A stretch of DNA of 64,000 nt from Bacteroidota bacterium (lineage in GTDB: Bacteria > Bacteroidota > Bacteroidia > Flavobacteriales > Weeksellaceae). The position numbers and the translations under genes are program-made. Positions 1 through 9,762 of this stretch are shown here, piece after piece. Every line of letters starts with the position of its first letter. Within the stretch, counting starts at the first letter, position 1. The DNA lies in contig JAEXBS010000096.1 in the NCBI GenBank assembly GCA_023393915.1, positions 126,443-190,442 of the forward strand, written 5' to 3'. The notes beneath the pieces were generated by a model. That model saw only the letters and a list, made by a program, of their open reading frames with translations. It did not search any database and was not told the DNA's origin.

Positions 1-430
1 ACCCAAGACCTAGCCAGAGTGCAGGCTCATTGTCTGTATATTTGGATTGACTAAGTTTATCTTTTTGATTAAGAAAGTTCATCATAAAGGAAGAATTTAA
101 GTAAAGGTTTTCAATCAAATCATAATGTAAATAGGGTCCGAAGCTATATAATGAAGAAGTATAATATTTGGAGTTCTGCCAAGTTCCACTTACTTTTACA
201 CCAAGCTCTAAGTTTTCACCTATTCGATATCCAATCCTAGGAGACACGCCCAAAACCATTTGGGATCCGCCCGATCCAAAAGATCCTCCGAGTCCCAGAG
301 AACCTCCAATTCGCCACCTTGATTCCTTGACAGGTTCTGAGTCAAGTTCATTTGAGGTTTGTCCCTTATATTCTATTGAAATAAGTAGTAGTAAAACAAA
401 TCCAAAACGTGAAAGGATTCTTTTCACCAT
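1..430 (-). CDS. Partial (runs off left edge) exported protein, probably an outer-membrane beta-barrel
   Basis: Hand-translated from ATG at 430: [28 protein letters not shown]...[41 protein letters not shown]...; open to the window edge; signal peptide followed by Q and alternating beta-strand pattern. Absent from the ORF track. Confidence 0.75.
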   Translation of the reverse strand, partial: MVKRILSRFGFVLLLLISIEYKGQTSNELDSEPVKESRWRIGGSLGLGGSFGSGGSQMVLGVSPRIGYRIGENLELGVKVSGTWQNSKYYTSSLYSFGPYLHYDLIENLYLNSSFMMNFLNQKDKLSQSKYTDNEPALWLGLG

Positions 431-498
431 AGGCCAATTATCATTTTTATCTGTTGCTCTAATAGAATTCATATTGCTGATCATCATTTATTTAGTTG

Positions 499-506
499 TA
501 AATTTG
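499..506 (+). promoter_or_regulatory. Bacteroidota housekeeping promoter -7 element for mnmA
   Basis: TAAATTTG matches TAnnTTTG, 20 nt before the ATG at 527. Confidence 0.6.
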
Positions 507-526
507 CAAAAAATATTCTTTTATCA

Positions 527-1714
527 ATGAAAATTGTAGTAGGACTTTCCGGAGGAGTAGATTCCTCAGTGGCAGCCTACCTTTTGCAACAACAAGGGCA
601 CGAGGTAGTTGGCCTTTTTATGCGTAATTGGAATGATGCCTCAGTAACTTTGGAAGATGAATGTCCATGGATAGAAGATAGTAACGACGCTCTTTTGGTA
701 GCTCAAAAGCTGGGCATTCCATTTCAGGTGATCGACATGAGTGAATTATATAAAGAACGAATTGTCGATTATATGTTCGATGAATACAAAAAAGGTCGTA
801 CTCCAAATCCTGATGTTTTGTGTAATCGTGAAGTTAAATTTGATGTTTTTCTTGAAACGGCACTTTCTCTTGGAGCAGATAAAGTTGCTACGGGACATTA
901 TGCAAGACTTGATTCGATAACCAATGAGCAGGGTGACGAAGTTTACCGTTTATTAGAAGGGAAAGACTATAATAAAGATCAAAGTTATTTCCTCTGCCAA
1001 CTAAATCAAAACCAACTCTCAAAAGCGCTTTTCCCTATCGGTGAATTAACAAAGCCTGAAGTGAGAGAGATAGCAAAAAAATTAGACCTCGTAACGGCTA
1101 ATAAAAAAGATTCTCAGGGACTTTGTTTTATTGGAAAAGTTAGCCTACCTGAATTTCTAAAACAGCAACTAGAACCAAAAACCGGTAACATCGTTGAAAT
1201 TTTTGGAGACTTTCATGCGTACCGCGATGCTGTGCCCCGTTTTGAAACTAAAGAGGAGGAACTCAAGTACTTGAGCAAAAAAATCACTTATAGTCAAGAG
1301 GATGGAAAAGTTATTGGAAGCCATCAAGGCGCTCAGTATTATACCATTGGACAGAGCAAAGGACTAGGAATTGGAGGACATAAGGAAAGTTGTTTCGTTA
1401 TTTCGCGCGACATGGAAAACAATACACTCTACGTTGGTGAAGGGAAAAATTTTCCAGGTCTTTTCCAAAAGGTCATTAAAATAAATAAAGCGGAAGTTCA
1501 TTGGATACGTGAAGATTTAAAACTTGAAAAAGGCGCTACAATGGAAGTGATGGCACGTATACGCTACAGACAACCTTTAGAAAAAGCAACCTTACATCAA
1601 TTGGAAGATGGACTCTACATCGAGTTTGTTAATCCTCAATCTTCGGTAGCAGAGGGGCAATTCGCGGCATGGTATCAAAACGAAGAGCTTTTAGGAAGTG
1701 GTGTAATTGGATAA
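527..1714 (+). CDS. mnmA: tRNA 2-thiouridine(34) synthase
   Basis: SGGVDSS PP-loop, [29 protein letters not shown]. Confidence 0.97.
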   Translation: MKIVVGLSGGVDSSVAAYLLQQQGHEVVGLFMRNWNDASVTLEDECPWIEDSNDALLVAQKLGIPFQVIDMSELYKERIVDYMFDEYKKGRTPNPDVLCNREVKFDVFLETALSLGADKVATGHYARLDSITNEQGDEVYRLLEGKDYNKDQSYFLCQLNQNQLSKALFPIGELTKPEVREIAKKLDLVTANKKDSQGLCFIGKVSLPEFLKQQLEPKTGNIVEIFGDFHAYRDAVPRFETKEEELKYLSKKITYSQEDGKVIGSHQGAQYYTIGQSKGLGIGGHKESCFVISRDMENNTLYVGEGKNFPGLFQKVIKINKAEVHWIREDLKLEKGATMEVMARIRYRQPLEKATLHQLEDGLYIEFVNPQSSVAEGQFAAWYQNEELLGSGVIG

Positions 1715-1725
1715 CACGCTGAAAA

Positions 1726-2487
1726 TTAGGATTCAAGCCACATTTTGAACTCTTTTATTCGTTCCCTACTTACGGTAATTTCTTCTAAGTTTTGATATTG
1801 CATCGTCAGCTTGTAATAGGGGGAAGTGTGTATACTTTCTATCGCAGATAACCTTATTATTACCTGCCGATTTACTCTGAAAAACTCTTTAGGATCAAGT
1901 GATTCTTGGAGCTCCTCTAACGTTAAATCAGTAGGGTAAGGTCTATCGTTTGTCTTTAAGTAAACAATTTTGTTTTCGCTATAGAAATAACTCACCTCCT
2001 CTACCCTAACAACTTTTAAGTGGTATCCTAGCTTCACTAGAATTCTAGATAGATGAGATTTAGGCTCCGTAATTAAATCCTTGAAATTCAATTCTTGATA
2101 ATGTTGATCACGGGGCATATATCTACGGAACTTATCAAGCGCTTGCTCAAGTTCAGATTTTCCAATAGGCTTCAATAAATAATCAATTGAGTTTAATTTA
2201 AAAGCCCTCAACGTGTAATTATCAAAAGCGGTCGTATAAATAACAAAACTCTCTGTAGGAATCTGATCAAAAATATCAAATGAGACGCCGTCCCCTAATA
2301 CAATATCAGAAAAAATTAAATCCGGATGTTCCTGCGAGGAAAAAAACGATTTACCCTCTTCCACCGAGTGCAGAACGGCTACAATTTCAAGTTCCGAAAA
2401 CTCTGAAAGTAGCCTTTCTAGCTTCCGCGCTGCTGGCTTTTCGTCTTCGATAATTACCGTTCGTATCAGAGTCCTATTTACTGCCAT
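1726..2487 (-). CDS. LytTR-family response regulator
   Basis: REC domain (IIEDE, DLIFSD, FTTA-like YTTAFD, DYLLKP) plus LytTR domain (FFRVNRQ, VSRERIKEFK). True start could be the CTG at 2469. Confidence 0.93.
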   Translation of the reverse strand: MAVNRTLIRTVIIEDEKPAARKLERLLSEFSELEIVAVLHSVEEGKSFFSSQEHPDLIFSDIVLGDGVSFDIFDQIPTESFVIYTTAFDNYTLRAFKLNSIDYLLKPIGKSELEQALDKFRRYMPRDQHYQELNFKDLITEPKSHLSRILVKLGYHLKVVRVEEVSYFYSENKIVYLKTNDRPYPTDLTLEELQESLDPKEFFRVNRQVIIRLSAIESIHTSPYYKLTMQYQNLEEITVSRERIKEFKMWLES

Positions 2488-2771
2488 TTTCTTACTTCTT
2501 CTTCCTTTTCAATCAATTCTCTAATTTTATTAGCCTGCCAATTTTTTCCAAGAATCATATGGGGTAGAAACACAGAACATCCGTGCGCGATTAATCCTAC
2601 TGCCCAAAAACCCATTCCCCAAAAGGAAACCCCATCAATAGATGAGTTTCGCATTTCTTGTAAAACCAATCGTAGACACAAGACCAATAAGTAAACTAAT
2701 AAATGGATATAAAATCCTTTTATCTCCCTTACCCTTTTCTTTGCCTTTCTGTATAGCTTATCTTGAGTCAT
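2478..2771 (-). CDS. 2TM domain-containing membrane protein
   Basis: YRKAKKRVREIKGFYIHL...WAVGLIAHG...W..KIRELIEKE; two hydrophobic helices. Confidence 0.85.
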   Translation of the reverse strand: MTQDKLYRKAKKRVREIKGFYIHLLVYLLVLCLRLVLQEMRNSSIDGVSFWGMGFWAVGLIAHGCSVFLPHMILGKNWQANKIRELIEKEEEVRKWQ

Positions 2772-2779
2772 AGAGTTCT

Positions 2780-3073
2780 TTATTTTTGGTGTTTCTGAAT
2801 TCTATCAAGTTCTTTATACAGTTGCTTTTCTTCCCAATTACGAAAGTAGGGAACATAAAGGTACAAACCGTAAAGAACTAAGAAAATACCCCAGATGCTA
2901 AATAACCAGCCGTTTAAAAAGGGTCCTAAGAAAAGAAATTCTTGATCACCTTTCTGAATTAAATAATAAACGAATAGCGCAAAATAGACAAGTAACATAA
3001 TGTAATATGCTTTCAAAGACTTTACACGTGTTTTTGCCTTTTGGTAGGCTAATGCTTGTTCTGTGTCTTTCAT
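2780..3073 (-). CDS. 2TM domain-containing membrane protein
   Basis: Start re-assigned to ATG 3073 (MKDTEQALAYQKAKTRVKSLKAYY...WGIFLVLYG...WEEKQL); same motif as its neighbour. Confidence 0.82.
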   Translation of the reverse strand: MKDTEQALAYQKAKTRVKSLKAYYIMLLVYFALFVYYLIQKGDQEFLFLGPFLNGWLFSIWGIFLVLYGLYLYVPYFRNWEEKQLYKELDRIQKHQK

Positions 3074-3075
3074 AA

Positions 3076-4407
3076 TTAATTCCATTTTGAGCTTGATTCT
3101 TCTTCTTTTTCCATGTACTTCCTGATTTGTTTCTCCTCCCATTCTCTACCGATCCCAAAGGTCTGAATAGCATGGAAGATTACTCCGATACCCCATCCTA
3201 GCAATGGCCAAAATGCCCACCAATATTCAGGGGAAGTACGCCAATTAATAAAAAATAAAAAGGGAATAAATATACAGAAAGAGATAAGATTTCCATAAAA
3301 CCCTTTTAGCTCTTCTACTCTTTTACTTGCTCTCTCATAAGCAGTTAGATCGGATAATTCTTTTGATTTCATTGTGTTAATTTTTTCTTTTAATAAGGGA
3401 ATCTTTACTTGAAAAGATTGTTCTGATTTTTCGATATATACATTTCTTTTAGTCACTAGATTGTAGCGTTGTACAATATTAGTGAGACCAATACCTTGTC
3501 TTTCCTTTGCAAGTTCACGGGGTTGAAAATTATTTTCAATGCATAAATATTCACCATTGGAAGAAATTTTTACTATTAATGGTTTTGCCTGAGTCGCGAA
3601 ATTATGCTTAATGCAATTCTCTAAAAGTAATTGTAGAGATAGTGGAACAACCAATGCTTTTAAATCCTCCTGTTGAACATTAAAATTGAAATTTACACTG
3701 TCCTCAAATCGTGTTTTTAGTAGTTCACTATAAGTCCGTGCAAATTCCAGCTCCTCCTCCACGCTCACAAGTTCTTTATCTTTTTGCTCTAACACGTAGC
3801 GATAAACCTTAGACATTGATGAAGTAAATTCCTGTGCTGATTCCGTATTTTCATCAATTAAAGAGCTAAGAACATTCAAAGAATTAAACAAAAAATGGGG
3901 ATCTAATTGATTTTTTAAGCTTTCAAATTGAGCGTTTGCCGTTTTTGCTATTAACTTCTGTTCAACCACTTGCGAACGTGTTGTTCTTTGCAAGGCCACC
4001 ATAAATCCCCGAGCGTGAAGTACTGCTGAAATAAGTAATGAAATATTAATCGTTAGCCAGTGAACAAAGTTCATTTGACTACTAAAAAACAAGCTAGGAT
4101 CTTCACCTTGAAGTACTACAAAATTGATATAATTACAGACTAGAACAAGAACAACGTCTAATATTATAGTGCCTATGACTCCGTAAATTGTTCTTCTTCT
4201 TGTTTCAGTAGCCCATGAAAATCGCCGATTAAGTTCTTCATTCAACAGTACATTTCCTCCTCCAATAATTATCGAATAAACAAGGCAAATAGCCATGGTT
4301 AATACTAAATTTTCAATCGTTTTTTCGTCAGTGAAAAAACCAAAGAATAGAACGGTACAAATCAGAGTAACAAGCAGTAAAGGTTGTAAGTGTTTTTTAT
4401 AAACCAT
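3076..4407 (-). CDS. LytS/YehU-type sensor histidine kinase with C-terminal 2TM domain
   Basis: About 4 N-terminal TM helices; LKNQLDPHFLFNSLN H-box; LLENCIKHN and GIGLTNI ATPase motifs; C-terminal YERASKRVEELKGFY...WGIGVIFHA...WEEKQIRKYME. Confidence 0.92.
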   Translation of the reverse strand: MVYKKHLQPLLLVTLICTVLFFGFFTDEKTIENLVLTMAICLVYSIIIGGGNVLLNEELNRRFSWATETRRRTIYGVIGTIILDVVLVLVCNYINFVVLQGEDPSLFFSSQMNFVHWLTINISLLISAVLHARGFMVALQRTTRSQVVEQKLIAKTANAQFESLKNQLDPHFLFNSLNVLSSLIDENTESAQEFTSSMSKVYRYVLEQKDKELVSVEEELEFARTYSELLKTRFEDSVNFNFNVQQEDLKALVVPLSLQLLLENCIKHNFATQAKPLIVKISSNGEYLCIENNFQPRELAKERQGIGLTNIVQRYNLVTKRNVYIEKSEQSFQVKIPLLKEKINTMKSKELSDLTAYERASKRVEELKGFYGNLISFCIFIPFLFFINWRTSPEYWWAFWPLLGWGIGVIFHAIQTFGIGREWEEKQIRKYMEKEEESSSKWN

Positions 4408-4474
4408 TTGTTAAATATACTGAATTATGCATTTTTAATTTTGTCTAAGGAAGCCTTATGATCATCAAAAAAGA

Positions 4475-5125
4475 TCAAGGTTTCAGTTTGAGAAAATACT
4501 CCGCTTCTGCTCTACCCCATTTGGGATAGAATGTCATTTTAGAAGGGGATAAATACGTACTAAACTGCTCAATTGATCTTTCAAACAGCTTTCTTGCTTC
4601 TATCTTACTTCCGCCAAATTCTTCTGGTGTAAAATATAGATCTTGTGCTTCAAGTAAGGTTACTCTAGGATTATTAGGAGAAAGTTCTATTGCTTTTTGA
4701 AGACTCTCATTACCCAAAGCCCGTTCCGTTTGAAAACGCTCCATTGGATTAGCCATTAATCTTAGTACATGTATCATTTTCTGCAAAATATAAAGTTCTG
4801 CATTTTCTCTCTCTACTCGCGAGGCTTGGTCTAGATACTTTTGCGCCCGATCTGCAATTGGATCGAGCTCGCTCGTTTTCCCTTCCATGATTATCTTCCT
4901 TCCTTTCATTAATTGGGAATAAGATGCGTAATAATACGGTAGCCATTTTTCTTCTGAAGCAACTCCAATCTGTTCAAAATTAAGAGTTAATGAATCCAAT
5001 TCTTCAACTGAAACTAGGTAATTCAACTTAGAAACCGACTTTTCCATCATAGTGTCATAAGTTGCTTGAGCTTTAATCAAAAAGGTGCTCAAGAATAGTA
5101 GCATAGCAATAATTAATTCTTTCAT
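4475..5125 (-). CDS. Exported helical (TPR-like) protein
   Basis: Signal peptide ending IKA|Q; WLPYYYASY, LQKAIELSPNNPRV, ARKLFERSIEQF helical-repeat-like segments. Confidence 0.75.
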   Translation of the reverse strand: MKELIIAMLLFLSTFLIKAQATYDTMMEKSVSKLNYLVSVEELDSLTLNFEQIGVASEEKWLPYYYASYSQLMKGRKIIMEGKTSELDPIADRAQKYLDQASRVERENAELYILQKMIHVLRLMANPMERFQTERALGNESLQKAIELSPNNPRVTLLEAQDLYFTPEEFGGSKIEARKLFERSIEQFSTYLSPSKMTFYPKWGRAEAEYFLKLKP

Positions 5126-5196
5126 TACAGGTAGGTATTTAGGTGATTTTGTGGTTCAAAGTTCACAAAGACAGTTTATAATTAAAAAAATAGCTT

Positions 5197-5227
5197 ACCG
5201 AACCGTAGAATTTCTTGACTGAACCGT
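5197..5227 (-). promoter_or_regulatory. Putative LytTR-binding direct repeat
   Basis: Minus strand ACGGTTCAGT-N11-ACGGTTCGGT (21-bp period), ~32 bp upstream of a degenerate -7 element GAACTTTG (5157-5164). Confidence 0.7.
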
Positions 5228-5340
5228 CAGTTTTATATAATACCTAACAAATGTTGTAAAGTGACAATCTCGGTTAAAAGAATTGAATTACTATTCTTAA
5301 CTTTAGACCTCTTAAAATACTAACTCAATTCTAAAACATT

Positions 5341-5850
5341 ATGAAAGCATTCCCACTATTCTTGTTAACATCCGCTGTTGCTTGTACTGCCCTTTCTTGC
5401 GGTACAATGAAAACCTACACAATTGACTCAAAAAGTAATACTAATACACAAGGAACCGTTAAGTTTACAGAAAAAGCAGGTGAAGTTGAAATGGACTTAA
5501 ATGTTTACCAGTTAAAGCCTAACAGCATTCATGCAGCGCATATTCATGAGAATGGAGATTGTTCCGCTGCCGATGGAAGTTCCGCTGGTGGCCACTGGAA
5601 TCCTACCTCAGAATCTCATGGAAAATGGGGAGCTTCTTCTCACCATGCAGGAGATTTAGGCAATTTAAATACAGATGCAAACGGAACTGCAAGGCTAGTT
5701 ATGAAAACCGATAAATGGTGTATGGGATGTGCAGATGAAAGTAAAAACATTCTAGGAAAAGCTATTATAATTCACGCTGGAGCGGATGATTTCACCACTC
5801 AACCTACTGGAAACGCAGGTGGACGAGTTGGATGCGTTGAAATCAAGTAA
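5341..5850 (+). CDS. sodC: Cu/Zn superoxide dismutase, lipoprotein
   Basis: Lipobox ALSC; HAAHIHE, GGHWNP, HAGDLGN, IIIHAGADD, GRVGC. Confidence 0.93.
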   Translation: MKAFPLFLLTSAVACTALSCGTMKTYTIDSKSNTNTQGTVKFTEKAGEVEMDLNVYQLKPNSIHAAHIHENGDCSAADGSSAGGHWNPTSESHGKWGASSHHAGDLGNLNTDANGTARLVMKTDKWCMGCADESKNILGKAIIIHAGADDFTTQPTGNAGGRVGCVEIK

Positions 5851-5875
5851 ACTAGTGTACTATTCTTTCAATTTA

Positions 5876-5905
5876 AAAGGTCATTTCTTCATTGAGATGA
5901 CCTTT
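5876..5905. terminator. Probable bidirectional intrinsic terminator between sodC and the S66 peptidase
   Basis: AAAGGTCATTTC-ttcatt-GAGATGACCTTT hairpin between convergent genes. Confidence 0.75.
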
Positions 5906-5909
5906 AACT

Positions 5910-6848
5910 TTATCCAAATTTCAACTGAGATTTTTTTCCTACACTTAACTTGCACTCTGCTCCTATTATCAGTGGTCTATTGTCAAAAATATGGCCATTA
6001 GGAAAGCCAAAAAGTACTGGAAAATCAAATTCTGCTACGTAGCTGGAGATAAGTTGATAGGCGAAAGAATCATAACTTCCATCGTATTCTTTATTTTCCT
6101 TTTCTTTCCCCATTGTAGTCATTCCTCCTACAATTAAACCATTTATTTTAGTGAAAACTCCAGCTAACTTAAGGCTTGTAATCATACGATCCAATGCATA
6201 AAAATTCTCTCCGACTTCTTCAATAAAAAGAATAGAATCATCAAATTTAAAACCGTATTTGGTACCAAGAAGTGCGTATATCAAAGCCAAGTTCCCTCCG
6301 ACCAATCGTCCCTCAGCAGAACCTGCTCTGTTAAGTGCATGGTGCTCCACTAAATAACTCGGTTTAGATCCATTTAACACATCAAATATTAACTCATAAG
6401 AATTTGGATCTATTCCAAAAGAGGAAGTTTTTAAAGTTTGGCCGTGAAGCGACGTAAAATTTTTTCTCAATAAATAGCTTTGTATAACTGTATTATCAGA
6501 ATATCCTATATACCACTTAGGTTTATTTCTGAAACCTGAGAGATTTATGCCTGATAAAAGGTGTTGACAACCGTACCCTCCTCTAGTTGCCCATACCGCA
6601 TCAATCTTTGGATCATTAAGTGCCCAGTTCAAATCCTCTAATCGCTCCGTAGGTGTACCCGAGTACGAGTAGCCATTGTTAAATTCTCCTTGTGCATAGC
6701 GTCCTAATACAGGCTTAAAACCTTTAGATTCTATTATATCTAAGGTAGTGCTGATTTGATCAATTTTAATAGATCCAGCAGGAGAAATAACAGCAATACG
6801 AGCGTGCTGAGGAATAGGTGAAGGATTGGTTATTTGGTTTCGGCTCAT
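5910..6848 (-). CDS. LD-carboxypeptidase, peptidase S66 family (LdcA-like)
   Basis: VISPAG, ATRGGYG, IGYSDNT, LVGGNL, LFIEEVGE, FPNGH. Confidence 0.92.
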   Translation of the reverse strand: MSRNQITNPSPIPQHARIAVISPAGSIKIDQISTTLDIIESKGFKPVLGRYAQGEFNNGYSYSGTPTERLEDLNWALNDPKIDAVWATRGGYGCQHLLSGINLSGFRNKPKWYIGYSDNTVIQSYLLRKNFTSLHGQTLKTSSFGIDPNSYELIFDVLNGSKPSYLVEHHALNRAGSAEGRLVGGNLALIYALLGTKYGFKFDDSILFIEEVGENFYALDRMITSLKLAGVFTKINGLIVGGMTTMGKEKENKEYDGSYDSFAYQLISSYVAEFDFPVLFGFPNGHIFDNRPLIIGAECKLSVGKKSQLKFG

Positions 6849-6881
6849 AAAAGAATTTTCCTTGATTGAATAAAATAAGTT

Positions 6882-7565
6882 TTAATTGGTTTGGTACCTG
6901 ACTTCCATGTTTTCTGCTTCCTGAAGCTGATTGTCCAACTGGTTGAATTTTTGGAAGCTCTGTAAAAATATCGCTACACTAAAAAGCAAAAGACAAATAC
7001 CAACACCTCTTCTGATAAAGTTAGCTATATTCTGATTTAACTTATAGTGGAACTGCTTTGCCAAAAATATTTTGATTAGATCGATACATAAGTAGGTCAA
7101 AATTACTATGGCGAGGTAAAGAATTACATTACTTTCATCGGGATATTGATTTCTGACAGATATCACCGTTACAAGCCAAAACAATACTACACCTATATTT
7201 AATAGATTCATTAAAAAGCCATTAACTACAGTTTTCCAATAATTCTGTGCTATTAACTTTTCCTCCCCTTTAATGTGCATTTTCGTCTTAGTCACGAGCA
7301 TGAAAATACCATAAAGAAAAAGAAATAGTGCTGTAATTCTATAAAAACTAGGATGTTGATCGATTAAATGTATTATATCGCTACTGGCGTAATAAGCAGC
7401 TACAATGCATAAAATGTCAGCAGTAATAACCCCGATGTCTAACGCCAAGGCATGTCTTGGACCTCGAAGAAAACTCGTCTCAATCAAAAGAAAGAATATA
7501 GGGCCAATCAAAACCAAGCTAAGCATGATTCCCAATCCAATAGCAGAAATTATAAGTTCTAGCAT
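6882..7565 (-). CDS. LysE/RhtB-family transporter
   Basis: LIGPIFFLLIETS..RG, GFLMNLLN; about 6 TM helices. Confidence 0.85.
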   Translation of the reverse strand: MLELIISAIGLGIMLSLVLIGPIFFLLIETSFLRGPRHALALDIGVITADILCIVAAYYASSDIIHLIDQHPSFYRITALFLFLYGIFMLVTKTKMHIKGEEKLIAQNYWKTVVNGFLMNLLNIGVVLFWLVTVISVRNQYPDESNVILYLAIVILTYLCIDLIKIFLAKQFHYKLNQNIANFIRRGVGICLLLFSVAIFLQSFQKFNQLDNQLQEAENMEVRYQTN

Positions 7566-7574
7566 GGTGTAATA

Positions 7575-9740
7575 TTACTCCTGAGTCTCTACAATTTTAA
7601 AATCTAACTGCTTTTGAATTAAATTGGCTTTCATTACTTTTATTTTTACACTATCACCTAACTGATATTGTTTACCAGTATTCATTCCGTAGACAGCATG
7701 CGATTTAGCATCGTACGTATAATTATCATCGATGAGATCTCGGAGTTTTATTAATCCTTCGGCACCATTCTCCGGTATTTGAACCCAAAAACCAAATTCC
7801 GCTACTCCAGAAATAATGCCTTCAAAAACTTCTCCTAAATGCTTCTCCATAAATTTCACCTGCATATATTTGATACTGTCTCTTTCCGCATCGCTGGCAA
7901 GCCTTTCCATTGAAGAGCAATGTTTTGCTTCTTCTTCCACTTCTGCCTTATTTGGTGATCGGCCCCCATCGAGGTAGTGTTGTAGGAGTCGGTGTGCTAT
8001 TAAATCAGGATACCTTCGAATTGGAGAAGTAAAATGGCTATAGTACTCAAAACCTAATCCATAATGACCTATGGGCTCAGTAGAATAAACTGCTTTACTC
8101 ATACTTCTCATTGCTAAAGTTTCAATCATATTTTCTTCTGGTTTACCTTTAACTCCTTTAAGCAAAGCATTCATACTTTCGGTTGTTTTCTTTGTAGAAG
8201 AAATATTCATACGGTAACCAAAAGTCGTAACAAATTCTCTTAATGCTTCAAGCTTAGCTGGATCAGGGTCATCATGAATACGATAAATAAAAGTATTGCC
8301 AGTAGCCTCTCCTTTTCTAGTCAGTGAAACGTATTCCGATACTTTTCGATTGGCTAGTAACATAAACTCTTCAATCAAATGATTGGAATCTTTACTTATT
8401 TTAAAATAAACACCGATAGGATTATTTTGTTCATCCAAATTGAACCGAACTTCGCTCCGATCGAAAGTAATCGCACCATTTTTAATTCTATCTGAACGTA
8501 AGATTTTAGCTAGACGATCTAATGTTTGTATTTCTTCGAATAAGTCACCTTCACTTTTTTCAAGACGCTCTTGTGCTTCCTCGTAAGTAAAACGACGGTC
8601 AGAGTGAATCACAGTTCTTCCAAACCATTGAGACTGCACTTCAGCCTGATCATTTAATTGAAAAACAGCTGAGAAAGTAAATTTGTCCTCGTTTGGTCGT
8701 AAGGAACAAACATCATTACTTAATACTTCGGGTAACATTGGTACGACACGGTCCACTAAATACACTGAAGTAGCTCTTTGATAGGCCTCTTGATCAATAA
8801 TTCCACCTGGTTGTACATAATGGGATACATCGGCAATATGAACACCTATTTCCCATAACCCGTTCTCTAACTTTTGGATGGACAGTGCGTCATCGAAATC
8901 TTTTGCGTCCTTTGGATCAATTGTAAAGGTAAGTACTGAGCGCATATCCCTTCGCTTATTAACTTCCTCAGCATTGATTTCTCGATTGATTTCATCTGCA
9001 GCTTGTTGCACATTATCAGGGAACTCATAAGGTAATCCGTATTCTGCAAGAATTGAGTGGATTTCAGTTTCATGTTCACCAGGTTGTCCTAGAATCTGCA
9101 CAATGGTACCTTCAGGGTTTTTATCCCCTTTTTTCCAATCAATCATACGAACAACAACTTTATCTCCTTTCTGAGCACCGCCAAAATTTTCCTTCTTAAC
9201 GAAAATGTCAGTATGAATAGCTTTTTTGTCTGCTATGACAAAACCAAAATCTTTATGTGCTATTGGATCAAAAGTTCCTACAAACTCAGTTTTATTTCGC
9301 TCCAGAACTTCAAGTACGCTAGCCTCCAATTTTTTGCCCTTATAATTATAAGTAACAATCATTACTTTATCCCCTTGCAGTGCATCTTTTACATTTTTCG
9401 AATGAACGAAAATATCATCTTCAATACCCTCTACATCAACGTATGCATTGCCAGACTGGTTGAAATCAATGATTCCAGTTAACGTACCTTGAATTTTTAG
9501 ATTCAAAGCATATTTACCCTTTTCAACTTCTTTAATTCGATCTTCTGCAATAAGTTTATGCAGAGCTTGAATAACCATTTCTCTTTGCCTAGGATTCTTA
9601 TAATCTATTCCATCAGCAATTTGCTTATAGTTATATATTTTAGTGGATTTCTCATTCATAAATGCATGGATCTTTCGACCAGTTTCTTGCAATTTATGAT
9701 TATGCTTGTGACTTATAAATCGGGATTTCTTTTTGGACAT
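7575..9740 (-). CDS. rnr: Ribonuclease R
   Basis: TIDPKDAKDFDDALS, HFTSPIRRYPDL, cold-shock and S1 domains. Confidence 0.96.
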   Translation of the reverse strand: MSKKKSRFISHKHNHKLQETGRKIHAFMNEKSTKIYNYKQIADGIDYKNPRQREMVIQALHKLIAEDRIKEVEKGKYALNLKIQGTLTGIIDFNQSGNAYVDVEGIEDDIFVHSKNVKDALQGDKVMIVTYNYKGKKLEASVLEVLERNKTEFVGTFDPIAHKDFGFVIADKKAIHTDIFVKKENFGGAQKGDKVVVRMIDWKKGDKNPEGTIVQILGQPGEHETEIHSILAEYGLPYEFPDNVQQAADEINREINAEEVNKRRDMRSVLTFTIDPKDAKDFDDALSIQKLENGLWEIGVHIADVSHYVQPGGIIDQEAYQRATSVYLVDRVVPMLPEVLSNDVCSLRPNEDKFTFSAVFQLNDQAEVQSQWFGRTVIHSDRRFTYEEAQERLEKSEGDLFEEIQTLDRLAKILRSDRIKNGAITFDRSEVRFNLDEQNNPIGVYFKISKDSNHLIEEFMLLANRKVSEYVSLTRKGEATGNTFIYRIHDDPDPAKLEALREFVTTFGYRMNISSTKKTTESMNALLKGVKGKPEENMIETLAMRSMSKAVYSTEPIGHYGLGFEYYSHFTSPIRRYPDLIAHRLLQHYLDGGRSPNKAEVEEEAKHCSSMERLASDAERDSIKYMQVKFMEKHLGEVFEGIISGVAEFGFWVQIPENGAEGLIKLRDLIDDNYTYDAKSHAVYGMNTGKQYQLGDSVKIKVMKANLIQKQLDFKIVETQE

Positions 9741-9762
9741 AGGCGATGGGGTGTTTATAATA

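Noticed and set aside
168..530. 120-aa + strand ORF
   Set aside because: Pro/Ser-rich antisense shadow of the Gly-rich minus-strand gene at 1-430
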